DNA of 24,000 nucleotides from Caedibacter sp. 38-128 (GTDB lineage Bacteria; Pseudomonadota; Alphaproteobacteria; Caedimonadales; Caedimonadaceae): NCBI GenBank assembly GCA_001898705.1, contig MKUU01000011.1, positions 104,080 to 128,079 of the forward strand, read 5' to 3'. Shown piece by piece: positions 23,976 to 24,000 of this stretch (position 1 is its first letter; each line of letters starts with the position of its first letter). The notes under the pieces were generated by a model. It saw only the letters and a program-made list of their open reading frames with translations, ran no database searches and was not told where the DNA came from. The position numbers and the translations under genes were made by a program.

Positions 23976-24000
23976 ATGTCTTCAAAAACACGTACAGAAA
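23976..24000 (+). CDS. 5' end of an unidentified CDS running off the window
   Basis: AAGGAAG at 23964-23970 is followed by ATG at 23976 (MSSKTRTE...). Only 8 codons are visible, so the product cannot be called. Confidence 0.25.

Noticed and set aside
1-24000. Search by eye for tRNA/tmRNA T-arm motifs (GGTTCGAATCC-like), rRNA, and CRISPR-like regularly spaced repeats.
   Set aside because: None found. The only repeats are short palindromes, terminators and protein-level paralogy.

Overview
This window looks like an AT-rich alphaproteobacterial chromosome. That placement is an inference from gene content: a ybgC-tolQRA...tolB-pal cluster, apaG, a GTA-type terminase, a short alpha-type ProRS and lolCE-lolD. 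The conserved backbone is thrS (3' part), infC, the Tol-Pal cluster, two tandem GT9 heptosyltransferase paralogs, apaG, proS, lolC/E-lolD and tadA. Between these housekeeping blocks sit at least eight orphan genes that look more AT-rich by eye. All eight encode proteins with Sec-type signal peptides. Several carry eukaryote-like modules: four have F-box or F-box-like motifs and three have leucine-rich repeats. A ninth accessory gene, without a signal peptide, encodes a Sel1-repeat protein. This pattern is typical of intracellular or amoeba-associated symbionts. The most notable observations are: (1) the Tol-Pal operon is split between tolA and tolB by about 4.3 kb of co-oriented accessory DNA; (2) that insert encodes a 547-aa Sel1-repeat protein whose C-terminus resembles a RelE/ParE-type toxin domain, with no obvious antitoxin; (3) there is a dispersed family with a signal peptide + F-box (+/- LRR) architecture, and four of the eight secreted orphans share an SD-acidic motif right after the predicted cleavage site; (4) a full-length GTA-like large terminase is broken by a single 1-nt frameshift and has no other GTA or phage genes beside it; (5) there are smaller relics and candidates, namely an L,D-transpeptidase fragment, a possible IS5-like fragment in a hairpin-rich ~1 kb gene-poor stretch, and a stand-alone promoter/SD/terminator unit that could be an sRNA or micro-ORF. 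I found no tRNA, rRNA or CRISPR array. All domain calls come from reading the translations by eye and need profile or structure searches to confirm.
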